A stretch of DNA of 64,000 nucleotides from Candidatus Bathyarchaeota archaeon (GTDB lineage Archaea; Thermoproteota; Bathyarchaeia; Bathyarchaeales; Bathycorpusculaceae), in assembly GCA_963832745.1 (NCBI GenBank), contig CAWHVC010000005.1, positions 1-64,000 of the forward strand, in the 5' to 3' direction. The notes under the pieces were generated by a model. It saw only the letters and a list, made by a program, of their open reading frames with translations, ran no database searches and had not been told where the DNA came from. This document shows positions 1 to 11,073 of the stretch, piece after piece (position 1 is the stretch's first letter; every line of letters begins with the position of its first letter). The position numbers were made by a program, and so were the translations under genes.

Positions 1-375
1 TCGTTCATATTACGATTCTTGGAATAGGTTTCTTATAGCTTAAGATACAACTTTCTTTTGAAGAAAGGAGAACTTCAGGAGAGTTATAATTGTTATGGTT
101 GATGAAATTTTTGATTTAGTTTTAGAAAGTTTAGAGGGCGACTATATTCTTCAAGCCCAAGTTCTTGCAGGCATGAAACCGGCTGGCTGGTAAGCACAGA
201 GCTTTCTTGCCTTTCAAGACTGTTTTGATACAGTAATTAGGAAACCTTCGGGTAGCTTATTGCAAATGTTCTTTTTACTTTTACTTTAACGTTAGTCTCT
301 AATGCTTGCAAAGGTCGTTTGAGCGTAGATTATTTAAATTTAAAAAGGTAGTTTGGCTTTCTGGAGAGCATTAGC

Positions 376-660
376 ATGGGAAAAACTGTTCCTACTTATC
401 GAATGGCTATTGAATCAGAAATTTCTAACTGGAAAGGCTTCCGAGACGCGTTAGCAAGTGAAGAAGAAAAGCAGGCTTTTGACCAAGTTATGGACTTGTG
501 CCGGGTTCAGGCTATGGCTGGAAGCAGCGCATGTAACCCCATCTTGTTTGAGCCCATGGTAATGAGTGTGCTTTTAGGTCAACAGAAAATGATTAGAACA
601 CTTCAAAGAAAAATCGATGCCCTATTAATAGCTACATTGCCAATAGAAAAAGCTGAGTAA
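376..660 (+). CDS. Small alpha-helical conserved archaeal protein (resembles PolB2-associated arCOG07300-type proteins)
   Basis: 94 aa, N-terminus MGKTVPTYR, GGAG SD upstream; family assignment from recalled similarity only. Confidence 0.6.
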   Translation: MGKTVPTYRMAIESEISNWKGFRDALASEEEKQAFDQVMDLCRVQAMAGSSACNPILFEPMVMSVLLGQQKMIRTLQRKIDALLIATLPIEKAE

Positions 661-712
661 ACCAAGTGATTCTATCTATTATGATAACCATAAACAAAAA
701 GAGGTTTATAAT

Positions 713-1306
713 TTGGTAATTGAATCGCTTTCTTTATTGTGGCATGGGCCCTTTAGCTTTATTGGAGACCAAGAGAAAAATGTCTTCACTTGCGAGGTAG
801 GCAAAAAGAAAGGCATTTACTTGTTTACAATTCCCTTTGAAGACTCTTACAGGGTTTACTATGTTGGTGAAACTGGCAAGGACTTTGCGACACGTTTGCT
901 TCAACATGTTCAAAGTTATCTTAATGGGTTTTATAGGGTGTTTGACCCAGATGAATTTGTTAAGGGTAACAAAATTCTAATTTGGGGTGGAATGTGGAAA
1001 GTTGACCGTAAAGAGCAAAAAAATATTTGCGATTTCTTAAAGCGTCAGTCAGAGCTTAACCCAAAAATCATCCACTTTATTGAACAATTTAGGGTGTTTT
1101 TAGCCCCAATAGAATGTGATAAAAGAACAAGGGAAAGAATAGAGTCAAAAATTGCCATAACTCTAAATGAGCAAGAGGGAATAGCCAGCAGTTTTCAGGA
1201 CCAAGATATAAGATACAGACCCAGCAGAAAAGATGAACTACCTTTGAGGGTTTCTATGGCTTTTTCTAAACCGATAATGGGGTTATGCAGAGAAATTTTG
1301 GTTTAG
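713..1306 (+). CDS. GIY-YIG nuclease family protein
   Basis: KGIYLF...YYVGET...RLLQH motif. Confidence 0.75.
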   Translation: MVIESLSLLWHGPFSFIGDQEKNVFTCEVGKKKGIYLFTIPFEDSYRVYYVGETGKDFATRLLQHVQSYLNGFYRVFDPDEFVKGNKILIWGGMWKVDRKEQKNICDFLKRQSELNPKIIHFIEQFRVFLAPIECDKRTRERIESKIAITLNEQEGIASSFQDQDIRYRPSRKDELPLRVSMAFSKPIMGLCREILV

Positions 1307-1485
1307 TTTATTTTTTCTGCCCAGTCTTTGCATGGCAGATTAGATTGTTCAATAATTTTTGAAGAAGGGTTTGCAGCTAGATTGCCCATATTCCTCATGT
1401 GAGGAGTTCCAGGCTAACTGGCTTCCCTGCGCCTCTTACCTAGGCTTCTTATAATGTAGTAATTTTTATTTTTGGAGGGGCGGCT

Positions 1486-1629
1486 TCACTGTTTTTGTTG
1501 AATCCACGTGTTTATCGCTTCTTGGACCGCTCGGGATAAGTCACCTTTTTTGCCTCCGAATTTTTGGACGGTTTTTAGTCTGAACTGTTTTTCTAGTTCG
1601 TCTGGGATGTCAATGTTTATGCGGCCCAA
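1486..1629 (-). CDS. Ribbon-helix-helix (CopG-like) protein, 47 aa, not in ORF track
   Basis: Manual translation from TTG: MGRINIDIPDELEKQFRLKTVQKFGGKKGDLSRAVQEAINTWIQQKQ. Confidence 0.75.
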   Translation of the reverse strand: MGRINIDIPDELEKQFRLKTVQKFGGKKGDLSRAVQEAINTWIQQKQ

Positions 1630-1747
1630 TTTTACTTACCTATTTTTGCTAGTTATGGATTTCCGAAATAAGCGAGCAGCCAGTTTTTGTACCTTGTATC
1701 TGTTTTTGTCATGTTTTTTCACTTTGTTTCCGCTTATTCACATTAGT

Positions 1748-1795
1748 ACATATGTGCATAAACACTTATAAACATATGGGTTTAAGTGCATAAAC
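1748..1795. promoter_or_regulatory. Putative operator/TATA region upstream of the RHH gene
   Basis: GTGCATAAAC at 1754-1763 and 1786-1795, ACATATG at 1748 and 1772, flanking CTTATAAA. Confidence 0.4.
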
Positions 1796-1965
1796 TCTGT
1801 CAATGTTAGTGATAAAGCGGCCTCAATTTTTTGAGGGTTTTTCTGTTTTCACAGTATCGCAGTTTGTTCTTATGGCAGCCACTACGCCTGCACTCAAATT
1901 GATGAATCCAAAGAAGCAAATCCAGTTGATTCAAATTAAATCCAAAAACAAATAATCAAGAGATT

Positions 1966-2250
1966 TCAAATTAACGCTTGATTTTGTTCTTCGATCATGG
2001 GCAAGATATTTTTTAATTCGTCAAAATACTTAAGAACAGATATGCCACGTTGAGTTATAGAATAAACCGTTTTATTTTTGCCTGAAATGCTTTCTTATAC
2101 GGTTACTTGTTGCATTAAATAATTCATATTTTCTTTTAGAATAGTGCAGTTAACGTTGGTTTTGTACATTAAATGTGTTATTTTAAGAGATCCCGAAGAA
2201 GAGAGAACAGCAAGTATCGTAACATACGTTTCTAATTTAGAACGCTTCAA
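1966..2250 (-). pseudogene. ArnR1-like winged-helix regulator with in-frame stop
   Basis: MKRSKLETYVTILAVL...KITHLMYKTNVNC...QQVTV*ESISGKNKTVYSITQRGISVLKYF; TAA at 2097-2095. Confidence 0.75.
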
Positions 2251-2328
2251 ACTAAAACCCTAATTATATCATAATTTAATTATTGTAAGTTAATATTTTG
2301 TGCACAGATTTTAGAAAGACAATTTTAG

Positions 2329-3168
2329 TTAACACATTGCAAGTGCTTGAAAGATTCCATAAAGGCGCATTGAATATCTTAATGAGTCTATGGCATCAGC
2401 TACTTGCATCCAAATCTTAAAAAAATCGGAAAAACTCATATCATTACGCGAATAAAGGACTTTTCCTTGCTTGTCATAGTTGATGAATTTTATTTTGTCC
2501 ATAGCGGGGTCATATTGATTCTGAGAGTGCGCAATTGCGTTTCTGATAGATTTTTTTTCTGGCCAATTTTCCAAAAACAATGGCATCTCCACATGCGCTT
2601 TCTCAAGGTTATTCCAAATATCCCAAATCGTCTGCTTTTCATTAGATTCAGGAATAGGAAAATTCATCTTTTCCATTAGGAAGTAGAATATTTTTACTGC
2701 AGAGGAAAAAATGCCTTCGATTGATTGCTCATAAATCGTACATGCATCCCTGAACATTTCTTTGTTTTCTTCAAATGTACGGTTTTCTTTAAGTAAAAGT
2801 AGAGAAAGCGATTTACATAGTGAATTAACGTATTCATCTCGTGCATTCATTTTGTTTAATAGTTTAATTAAATAGTCAGGTGGAGGTTTCTGCGTTTTAT
2901 CAATCTCAATTAAGCCTCTAAAGACAATAAGTTGGGTTTGAGTAAAACATTTTTTCCGATATTCGTTGCCAATAGGATAAGTATTTTCAAACTCAAAACT
3001 AAATGTTTCACCAATTTTAATGACCTCAACCATAATATTGCTTATACTGGAAACCTCCTTTTGTTCCACTTGCCCTACTAATTTGATAATCTGGGATGCA
3101 GTTTTGCAATATCCTTGTTGTTCAAAGAATTTTGCTTCATCCAGAACATTACTGATGTTTTGATTCAT
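2329..3168 (-). CDS. Hypothetical protein with C-terminal HEPN-like RxxxxH motif
   Basis: 279 aa, helical, IRNAIAH; 17 bp downstream of hsdR with GGAG SD. Confidence 0.6.
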   Translation of the reverse strand: MNQNISNVLDEAKFFEQQGYCKTASQIIKLVGQVEQKEVSSISNIMVEVIKIGETFSFEFENTYPIGNEYRKKCFTQTQLIVFRGLIEIDKTQKPPPDYLIKLLNKMNARDEYVNSLCKSLSLLLLKENRTFEENKEMFRDACTIYEQSIEGIFSSAVKIFYFLMEKMNFPIPESNEKQTIWDIWNNLEKAHVEMPLFLENWPEKKSIRNAIAHSQNQYDPAMDKIKFINYDKQGKVLYSRNDMSFSDFFKIWMQVADAIDSLRYSMRLYGIFQALAMC

Positions 3169-3185
3169 TCTTGTTTTTCTCCTAT

Positions 3186-6100
3186 TTAGTTAGATTGTTC
3201 TGCCCAGTATTTGGCGACTTCCTTAGCCTGCTCCAGTACGGTGTCAGTTGCTTTCTGCTGCAAATCAGGCGGATACTTGTAGCGTTTTAGTAAGCGCCGA
3301 ATTTCTATGCGCAAGTTAGCCTGCACGCTTTCCCGCATAGTCCAATCAACCTTGACGTTTCGGTGTATGGTGTCAACGAGTTCTTTTGCCATAGCCATCA
3401 AGGTTTTATCGCCTAAAACGTCTTTTGCGCTCTTATTATCCGCTAACGCATCATAGAAGGCTTTCTCATCCTCTGACAGGTTAAGCTGTACACCCTCTAG
3501 TTGTGCCTTTTGCATTTTCTTGGCATAATCAACCAGCCACTGCACAACTTCAGAAGCTTCAATGCTCTTGTTTGTGTAGGCTTTGATTGCTTTGTCGAGC
3601 AGTTCTTGGAAGCTTCGGGCTTGAATGATGTTTTTGCGGAACCTAATTCTTAATTTCATCCTGCAACAGTTTCTTTAGGGCTTCAAATGCCAGGTTCTTC
3701 TGCGGCATCTCTTTTACATACGCAAGAAAGTCATCCGATAGAACTGAAATGTTTGGTTTATCAAGACCAGCAGCAGCAAAAATGTCAATAACTCTGTCAG
3801 AGATGACTGCTTTTGAAAGAATCTGTCTTATGGCAAAGTCAACATCATCTGGGTGAGTTGATGGTTTATCGCCAGTGTTTTTGACTATTGCTGCTCGTAC
3901 TGCTTGGAAGAAGCCAACATCGTTTCGGATTTTTAGTGCTTTCTGATTTGGCAGAGAAAGTGCAAAGGCTTTTAGCAGAAGTCCTGATTGTTCAAGGTAG
4001 CGTTCTTTTCCTTTGTCCTGTTTTAAGACGTGTTCTTGGGCGTCAATCATTATAGAGAGTTTGTTTGCTTTTTCATTAAAGAAGGGTTTGTAATCAAAGC
4101 CGTGGAAGAATGCTTGGACAACTTCATATTTTTCAAGCATTTTAGCTACGGCAACTGTCTTGGTCTATTCCTGTTTCTTTTTGGTCTTCTTTTGTATAGC
4201 GTGATAGTGCTTGTTTTAGTTCATGCCCGATGCCGATGTAGTCAACAATTAAGCCGCCTTCTTTACCTTTGAAGACACGGTTAACTCGGGCTATTGCTTG
4301 CATTAGGGTGTGTCCTTTCATGGGTTTGTCAAGGTACATTGTGTTTAGGTTTGGTGCGTCAAAGCCTGTTAGCCACATGTCTCGAACGATGGCGATTTTT
4401 AGGGGGTCTGAGGGGTCTTTCATGCGTTCGCCAAGGTCGTGGCGGCGTTGTTTGTTTCGTATGTGTTCTTGCCAGTCTGGACCGTCTGTTGCTGAACCGG
4501 TGATTATTACTTTTATTGTGCCTTTGTCATCGTCTGGGCTGTACCAGTCTGGGCGTAGTTTTACGAGTTCGTTGTGGAGGTCGATGCATATTCTGCGGCT
4601 CATGCAGACAATCATGGCTTTACCGCCAATGAGTCCGCTTCTGGTTTCCCAGTGCTCAACAATGTCTTGTGGCAACTCTGTGGATGCGGTTGGGGCTGCC
4701 AACTACTTTTTCAAGCCGGCTCCATTTACTTTTTAGGTATTCTTTGTTGTCTATTTCTTCGCCTTCTGTTATTTCCTCAAACTCGCTGTCGATTTTGGGT
4801 ATTTCTTCGGGTTTTAGTTCCAGTTTGGCTAGGCGGCTTTCATAGAGAATTTTTACGGTTGTGCCGTCTTCTACTGATTGCCTAATATCATAGACATGGA
4901 TAGGTTTGCCGAAAACTGCTGGTGTGCTTCGGTCAGTTGTTTCAATGGGTGTTCCTGTGAAGGCGATAAAGGTGGCGTTTGGTAGGGCGTCTCTTATGTA
5001 TTTTGCGTAGCCGTATTTTGAGTGTCTAAATCTTTCTGGACTTTTAATCCAAAACCGTATTGGCTTCGGTGGGCTTCATCAGCGACTATTATAATGTTTT
5101 TGCGTTCAGAAAGAAGCGGGTATTGTATGCCCTCTTCGGGGAAGAATTTTTGGATTGTTGTAAATATGATGCCGCCTGAGGCGACTTTGAGCAGTTCTTG
5201 GAGTTCTTCTCGGTTGTTTGCTTGTTGCGGCTTTTGTCTTAGAAGCTCTTGGCATCTGCCAAACGTGCCGAATAGTTGGTCGTCTAAGTCGTTTCTGTCT
5301 GTGAGCAGAATTACTGTTGGGTTTTCCAGTTGGGGTTCAAGAACCATTTTTCCCGTATAGAAAACCATCGTTAGGCTTTTGCCTGAACCTTGCGTATGCC
5401 AAATAATTCCTGCCCGCTTATCGTTTTTGTGGCTTTGATGGTTGAAGCTATAGCTTGGTTTGTTGCGTCGTACTGTTGGTAGGCGGCGATTTTTTTGGTT
5501 AGTTTTAGGCGTCCGTCTTTTTTGTCCTTATCTGCCTCGTAAACAACAAAGTGCCTGATTAAGTCCAAGAGTGTTTTCTTGTTTAGCATACCCTTAATTA
5601 GAACATCAATTTCGGGGACGTTGCTTGGGGCTTTTTCGTTGTTGATGGTTTTCCAAGGCGTGAATCTTTCCTTGTTTAGGCTAAGGGTTCCCGCTCTTGC
5701 TTGCAACCCATCACTTATCACCAAAATTTCGTTGTAGCGGAAAACACTTGGAATCTGCTTACGATAAGTCTCAACTGGGTAAACGCAGAGTCAATCGTTG
5801 CATTTTCATCTGCGGCATTTTTTAATTCAAAGAGAACCAGTGGCAAGCCATTAACAAATAAAATGATGTCAGGACGCCGATTATTGCGCTCCTCAACAAT
5901 AGTGAATTGGTGGATAGCAAAAAACTCGTTATTCTCTACGTTTTGAAGTCAAAGAGCCAAACCACATCATCCTTGATGCCTCCGTCTGCTCTCTTGTACT
6001 GAACATTGATGCCGTTGGTGACCAAGCGGTGAAAAGCCCTATTGTTCTCAATTACCTCTTGACTCTCAGTCCGCAGAACCTTTCGAACAGCCTCATCAAT

Positions 6101-6296
6101 AGCACCATCAGGAACAGTCTTGTTTATCCGTTTAAGGGCATCGCATAATCTGCCGACAAGTACAACCTCATTATACTCACGCTCCTTAGCTAAACCTTCA
6201 GAAATATCAGGACCAAAAACAACACCATAACCCAAATCCCTAAACAAATCAAGACATCTATCTTCAAGCTTCAGACTCAGTCATCACTTTAGACAT
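3186..6296 (-). pseudogene. hsdR: Type I restriction endonuclease subunit R (multiple frameshifts; real or sequencing error)
   Basis: Consecutive fragments with RRPDII..ELK (read off-track), [40 protein letters not shown] and C-terminal YKYPPD. Confidence 0.9.
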
Positions 6297-7582
6297 CAAT
6301 ACATCTCCACTTTTTCTTTATTAATAGGCACTCTGATTTTTCCAGACATAAGTTTGGGCAACAATAAATCTCTAAGTTCTTTTAATGTTCGAGAGTTTGA
6401 TGAATTATTAATTATTCTTAGGTTGATGGGAACCATTAAGCTCTCAAATTTCTGTAATAAATCAAGCCAAGGAAGAAGTACCTTGATTTGTTTCATGGTG
6501 CTTCCTGAAACTTCACCAAATGTTGACCCACTTGAAATGCTTTGAATATAGGGTGTTATTCTTTTCAGATATTGATACAAGTATTCGGATTTCATATTCT
6601 TCCTTGGAACAAGCGACTTAAAACCTTGATTTGTCGCTATGTCATTAAGAGATATTGCCATGTAGCCAATAGGGGCTCTTGAAGTGAATAGGATTGTTCC
6701 TTTTGGCATGATTTTTGCGCTGCTATTTTTTAAACCATCAGATGTTAAATCATTAGCGCCTTTTGCAATGAATTTTCCCTCAAAACCTGACAAGTCCTTT
6801 GGTGTTAGCCAAGGAAACCCATCAGTTGTGAAATATGATGAAACTTTAGTTGAGGGTGTGCCTCCACCAATTACTTCGGCAACATCTTCAATGCATACAA
6901 CCTTCCAACCTTGGGGAATTTCTTTTTGCAGGTCTTCGTTGTATTCCATTTTTCCGCCTGTTGATTTGTAGTTTTTGCCTTCTTGGTTGGGAAACTCAAA
7001 ATCAACAAACCAACGCTTAAACAAAGCCGCCCCAACAGCCTCAAGCGTACAATTCATTTTTTGATTAATAGTTATCTTGTCGTCTATTGCACCAAGGAAG
7101 TCAGCGATATTCCTTTGTACTTCAATGATTGGTAAACTTCCTAAAGGGAGGGCTCTTATGTCTTCCATGTTTAGATGTTGAACTACTGAACCTGCCGCGA
7201 GGCTTGCCATTTTGAAGCGCACTTCTTTTGAACATAATAAGTATAGCACGTACCTTGAATGCGCCTGTTTAGGATTTACTCTAATTAAAACAGTTCTTTG
7301 ACCTAAACAGACTTTTTGTCCCTTTGGTACATAACCTGCTTCACCGATTGGGGCTTCTCTGGCAAGAATAATATCGCCTGATTTGGGCTCTAATCTTTTA
7401 GTCCACTCTTTGTATGTACTTTCTGAGATTTTTTTGGCTTGATTTAGTTTTAATTTACCATTTTCTATATCTGTTGTTCGGACAAGGGGAATACCTTCTA
7501 TTCGCGAAGGTGCTGTCTTATGTTCACAGTCAACTATTGCCTCACAAATATCTGAAAGCAAAACTTCAGAGCGATTCATCAA
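6296..7582 (-). CDS. hsdS: Type I RM specificity subunit S
   Basis: Two TRDs, conserved [40 protein letters not shown]. Confidence 0.95.
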   Translation of the reverse strand: MMNRSEVLLSDICEAIVDCEHKTAPSRIEGIPLVRTTDIENGKLKLNQAKKISESTYKEWTKRLEPKSGDIILAREAPIGEAGYVPKGQKVCLGQRTVLIRVNPKQAHSRYVLYLLCSKEVRFKMASLAAGSVVQHLNMEDIRALPLGSLPIIEVQRNIADFLGAIDDKITINQKMNCTLEAVGAALFKRWFVDFEFPNQEGKNYKSTGGKMEYNEDLQKEIPQGWKVVCIEDVAEVIGGGTPSTKVSSYFTTDGFPWLTPKDLSGFEGKFIAKGANDLTSDGLKNSSAKIMPKGTILFTSRAPIGYMAISLNDIATNQGFKSLVPRKNMKSEYLYQYLKRITPYIQSISSGSTFGEVSGSTMKQIKVLLPWLDLLQKFESLMVPINLRIINNSSNSRTLKELRDLLLPKLMSGKIRVPINKEKVEMY

Positions 7583-9153
7583 ATCTCCAACCGCTTTATG
7601 TTTTGTTTAATGATGGTATCTAATTTCGCGGATTCAGCGAACTGTGCGTCAAGTTCCGCAAAAAGTCTTTTCATTTTTTCTTCAAATTCTTCTGCATCTT
7701 CTTCTTCTTCCTCTGCTCCAACATATCGCCCGGGTGTTAGTATGTGATCCTTGTTTTCTTATTTCCTCAAGTTTTACGGCTTTGCAGAATCCAGCAATAT
7801 CTTGATACTCCACTTTTGGTCCATCTACGGGTTCGCCTCTCCATGCATGGTATGTATCGGCGATTTTTTTGATGTCTTCGGCTGTTAGTTCTCGGTGTCG
7901 TCTATCAATTATTAGCCCAAGCTTTCTTGCGTCAATGAATAGGGTTTCTCCTCTGCGGTCTCTGTATTTGTTGTTTTGTTTGTCTCTGGCTATGAACCAT
8001 AGGCAGGCTGGTATCATTGTGTTGTAGAATAGTTGGATGGGTAGGGCTACCATGCAGTCAACTAGGTCTGCTTCGATTATGTTTTTGCGGATTTCTCCTT
8101 CGTTTGATGGTGTTGCTACTCATGGAGCCGTTAGCAAGCACAAAACCTGCGATGCCATGAGGTGCCAAATGGTGAATGAAGTGTTGCACCCATGCAAAGT
8201 TAGCGTTGCCAACAGGTGGGACACCATATTTCCAGCGGATGTCTTCCCGCAACATTTCGCCTTTCCAGTCAGAATCATTAAACGGTGGATTAGCCAAGAG
8301 GTAGTCGGCTCTTAGATCTTTGTGGACATCGTTTAGGAAGCTGCCTTCGTTGTTCCATTTGACTTCCTTGATTCTATGCCTCTTATTGCAAGGTTCATTT
8401 TGCATAGTCGCCAAGTTGTTTGGTTAGATTCTTGCCCGAAAATGAATATGTCATCGATTCTGCCTTGGTGTGCTTCTATGAATTTTTCGCTTTGTATGAA
8501 CATGCCGCCGCTGCCACAGCAGGGGTCAAACACTCTGCCCTTGAAAGGCTCAATCATTGCAACAAGCAACTGAACAATGCTTCTTGGCGTATAGAATTGC
8601 CCGCCTTTTTTGCCTTCTGCATCGGCAAATTGACCAAGGAAATACTCGTAGACTCTGCCAAGGACATCTTTGCTTTTACTCTCTTTATCGCCCAAAGCTA
8701 TGGTGCTAATTAAATCGATTAATTCGCCCAGACGTTGCTTATCAAGGGCTTCTCGGCCATAATTCTTTGGCAAAACACCTTTCAAGCGAAGGGTTTTCAC
8801 GCTCGATTGCATCCATGGCATTGTCTACAGTGACGCCGATTGTCGGTTGCTTAGCGTTTTTTTGCAGCAAATCCCAGCGGGCTTCTTTAGGTACCCAAAA
8901 AATGTTCTTGGCATGGTAGTAGTCTTTTTCTTCTGGGTCGCCTTCTGGGTCATGCTTTAAGTCTTCATACAACTCGACAAAAGCATCAGAGATATACTTT
9001 AGAAAAATTAAGCCTAAGACAACGTGTTTGTATTCGGCGGCGTCCATGTTGTTTCGCAGTTTGTCGGCGGCTTTCCAAAGTTTATCCTCAAAACCCACGA
9101 TTAGCCCCATTACCGTTTGCTGGTTTACCGTTTAGTGTCTGCTGCCTAGCCAA
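7579..9153 (-). pseudogene. hsdM: Type I RM methyltransferase subunit M (frameshifted)
   Basis: [30 protein letters not shown] motifs over four or more frames. Confidence 0.9.
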
Positions 9154-9260
9154 CTTTACCCTCTCTTATAAGTTGCAATAATTACGCTTGTACCGCAAAT
9201 AAGTCTTTACTAATTCAAAAATACCCAAAACGAACAGGGCTTAAAGACAAAATAGTCATC

Positions 9261-9879
9261 TCAAACAGTTTTAAGATATAGAATGTTATAGCTAAGTTCA
9301 TTACCCTCAGGAATTTTGGCGCTATTCCATACTATGCAAGTATACTCTTGCCATTTAAAGCGGTCCCCAAGATCAACGGGGTCTCTTGTTATCAGCGCTG
9401 CATTAAAATCGCCATCTATTTTTATTTTCGCTGCTTCAATTAATTCAGTGGCAGCCTTAGGAATAACAACGCCCTCTACAGTAATTTTTCTATCAAATAT
9501 TTTTTCACACCAACCCGTGATTGGGTCCCTTTTCCCAAGCCTTAACTTCTCAACTTCTAAAGTAATCATTTTACCGCCTGCAGCAAGCATTCTCTCCTGC
9601 ACTTTTTCCCAATAGGTTGGCGTCTTATTGTACTCATAAAGAGCATATTCTGAATCGTTAATTTTCTTGATCAAATTATTGCTTTTCTAGAACCCTGAAA
9701 TTTCTATAAAAAGTACTTAGATTTATCTTTGCCAGGTTGCACATTTCTTCAGCAGTTAAGGGTTGCTTTGATTTTAGAGCAGCAATTATTCTTACCTCCG
9801 CCCCCAAATCTTTCTTATCTGAACTCTTCCAACCAGTGCTTTTTGCATCCCCGCAATTTTTCTTTTGAACCATTTGCAT
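9261..9879 (-). CDS. Probable single wHTH-domain protein split by a frameshift near 9680; C-terminal domain unknown
   Basis: PLTAEEMCNLAKINLSTFYRNFRVLE continues as (S)NNLIKKINDSEYAL if one A of GAAAAGC is removed. Confidence 0.55.
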
Positions 9880-9952
9880 CCTCGCAAGAATTGTCTGAAA
9901 TTACTTTTGCATCAATATACGGAAGTATTATTAAAAATTTGGTGACACCTGT

Positions 9953-10885
9953 TTGGACAAGAATGACAATGACATTTTGGAGCGTTGGGAAGGTTTACTT
10001 TCCCCTGCTGAATTAAATGCGTTAAGATGGATAACGTTGGACCCTACAAGACCTTTTTGCTCTAAAGATTTAACGGAATTACCCCAAATCCATTCAAAAG
10101 GAACAGCTCGCAACATAATATGGAAACTCAAAAAACATGGGCTAATAGAGCTTTTCTGTAAATCAAGATACTCTTTTCATAAACTAAAATCGGTTGAGCA
10201 TTCAAAAATCAAAAAACCAATGACAATATCCCGTATGGGGGTTAACGGGCTTAGACGTGTCCAAATTGATTTTACTTCTCTATTAAATTCGCTATCTTTC
10301 GAAGAACTTTGCAAGATTCATGATGTGCGTTTAGTTTTTACTGTAAATGGGTTGTACGAAATTTTATCAAAGGCGGGTTACTGTAAAAAAGACCTTTTTT
10401 CTAAGGACATTTTTTTTGGTTGTTTTGTTTGGTCTAAGTATCGTTCACTTCAAGTGGTTTTACATGTTAGTGGTACTGTTTCATTTATTTTAGATTCTAG
10501 TAATTGCCCGATAGAGGCATCAGAAGAAGGATTTGTAAGTTTAGCAGCATTTCTTGGCGGTATACGCGATAAACTATTTACTGCTGTTAAGTCAACAAAA
10601 AATGATTTTACTGAAGACAAAATTCCATTTGTCGATTTTTGGAAGGTGACTATGTGGCATTACGGCAGAGATTCTGCTCAAGAATTTAGCGGTGAAGCTT
10701 TCAACATAACTTTTAAAATGTGGTGTGGAGAGCTTGCAAGAATTTATGTTCATGAACAAAAAGAATCACGAAAAGTAAGGGTAGAAGTAATTGAAACCCC
10801 CAAAAAACCTCTTCAGCAAGTAATCGCTGACAAACTAAACCTTTGTTGTGGGAGATGCCAAGGATGCTTAAAGCAATCGTCATAA
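9953..10885 (+). CDS. wHTH-containing protein, putative replication initiator/relaxase of the element
   Basis: N-terminal wHTH (KGTARNIIWKLKKHGLIE); C-terminal VTMWHYGRD and RIYVH...RVEV motifs; position upstream of integrase. Confidence 0.5.
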   Translation: MDKNDNDILERWEGLLSPAELNALRWITLDPTRPFCSKDLTELPQIHSKGTARNIIWKLKKHGLIELFCKSRYSFHKLKSVEHSKIKKPMTISRMGVNGLRRVQIDFTSLLNSLSFEELCKIHDVRLVFTVNGLYEILSKAGYCKKDLFSKDIFFGCFVWSKYRSLQVVLHVSGTVSFILDSSNCPIEASEEGFVSLAAFLGGIRDKLFTAVKSTKNDFTEDKIPFVDFWKVTMWHYGRDSAQEFSGEAFNITFKMWCGELARIYVHEQKESRKVRVEVIETPKKPLQQVIADKLNLCCGRCQGCLKQSS

Positions 10886-11073
10886 CTCCTAACGAGCGCA
10901 CGGTTGATTTGGGTTGTTTGTTGGCTATTGCTCGTTCTGAGGCTTGCAGGCGTGAGCATGTTAAGGTGAATCCGGTGGTTAGGGCTTTGGTGTTTGTTGC
11001 TGAGTTGGGAGTTTATGTTGCAGTTTATGAGGGAACTGAAAACAGCAGTCTTCCTTTCAAAGATTTGAGGTAG
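10864..11073 (+). CDS. Small hypothetical protein coupled to integrase
   Basis: Overlaps the upstream gene's stop region and the integrase GTG start. Confidence 0.45.
   Translation: MLKAIVITPNERTVDLGCLLAIARSEACRREHVKVNPVVRALVFVAELGVYVAVYEGTENSSLPFKDLR

Noticed and set aside
95-193. 32-aa ORF MVDEIFDLVLESLEGDYILQAQVLAGMKPAGW
   Set aside because: Has a possible SD but no recognisable motif; insufficient support
1508-1771. 87-aa + strand ORF and most other short antisense ORFs in the track
   Set aside because: Shadows of better-supported opposite-strand genes
3186-9153. Programmed frameshifting or phase variation of hsd genes
   Set aside because: Too many scattered shifts, no long simple-sequence tracts or invertible hsdS repeats
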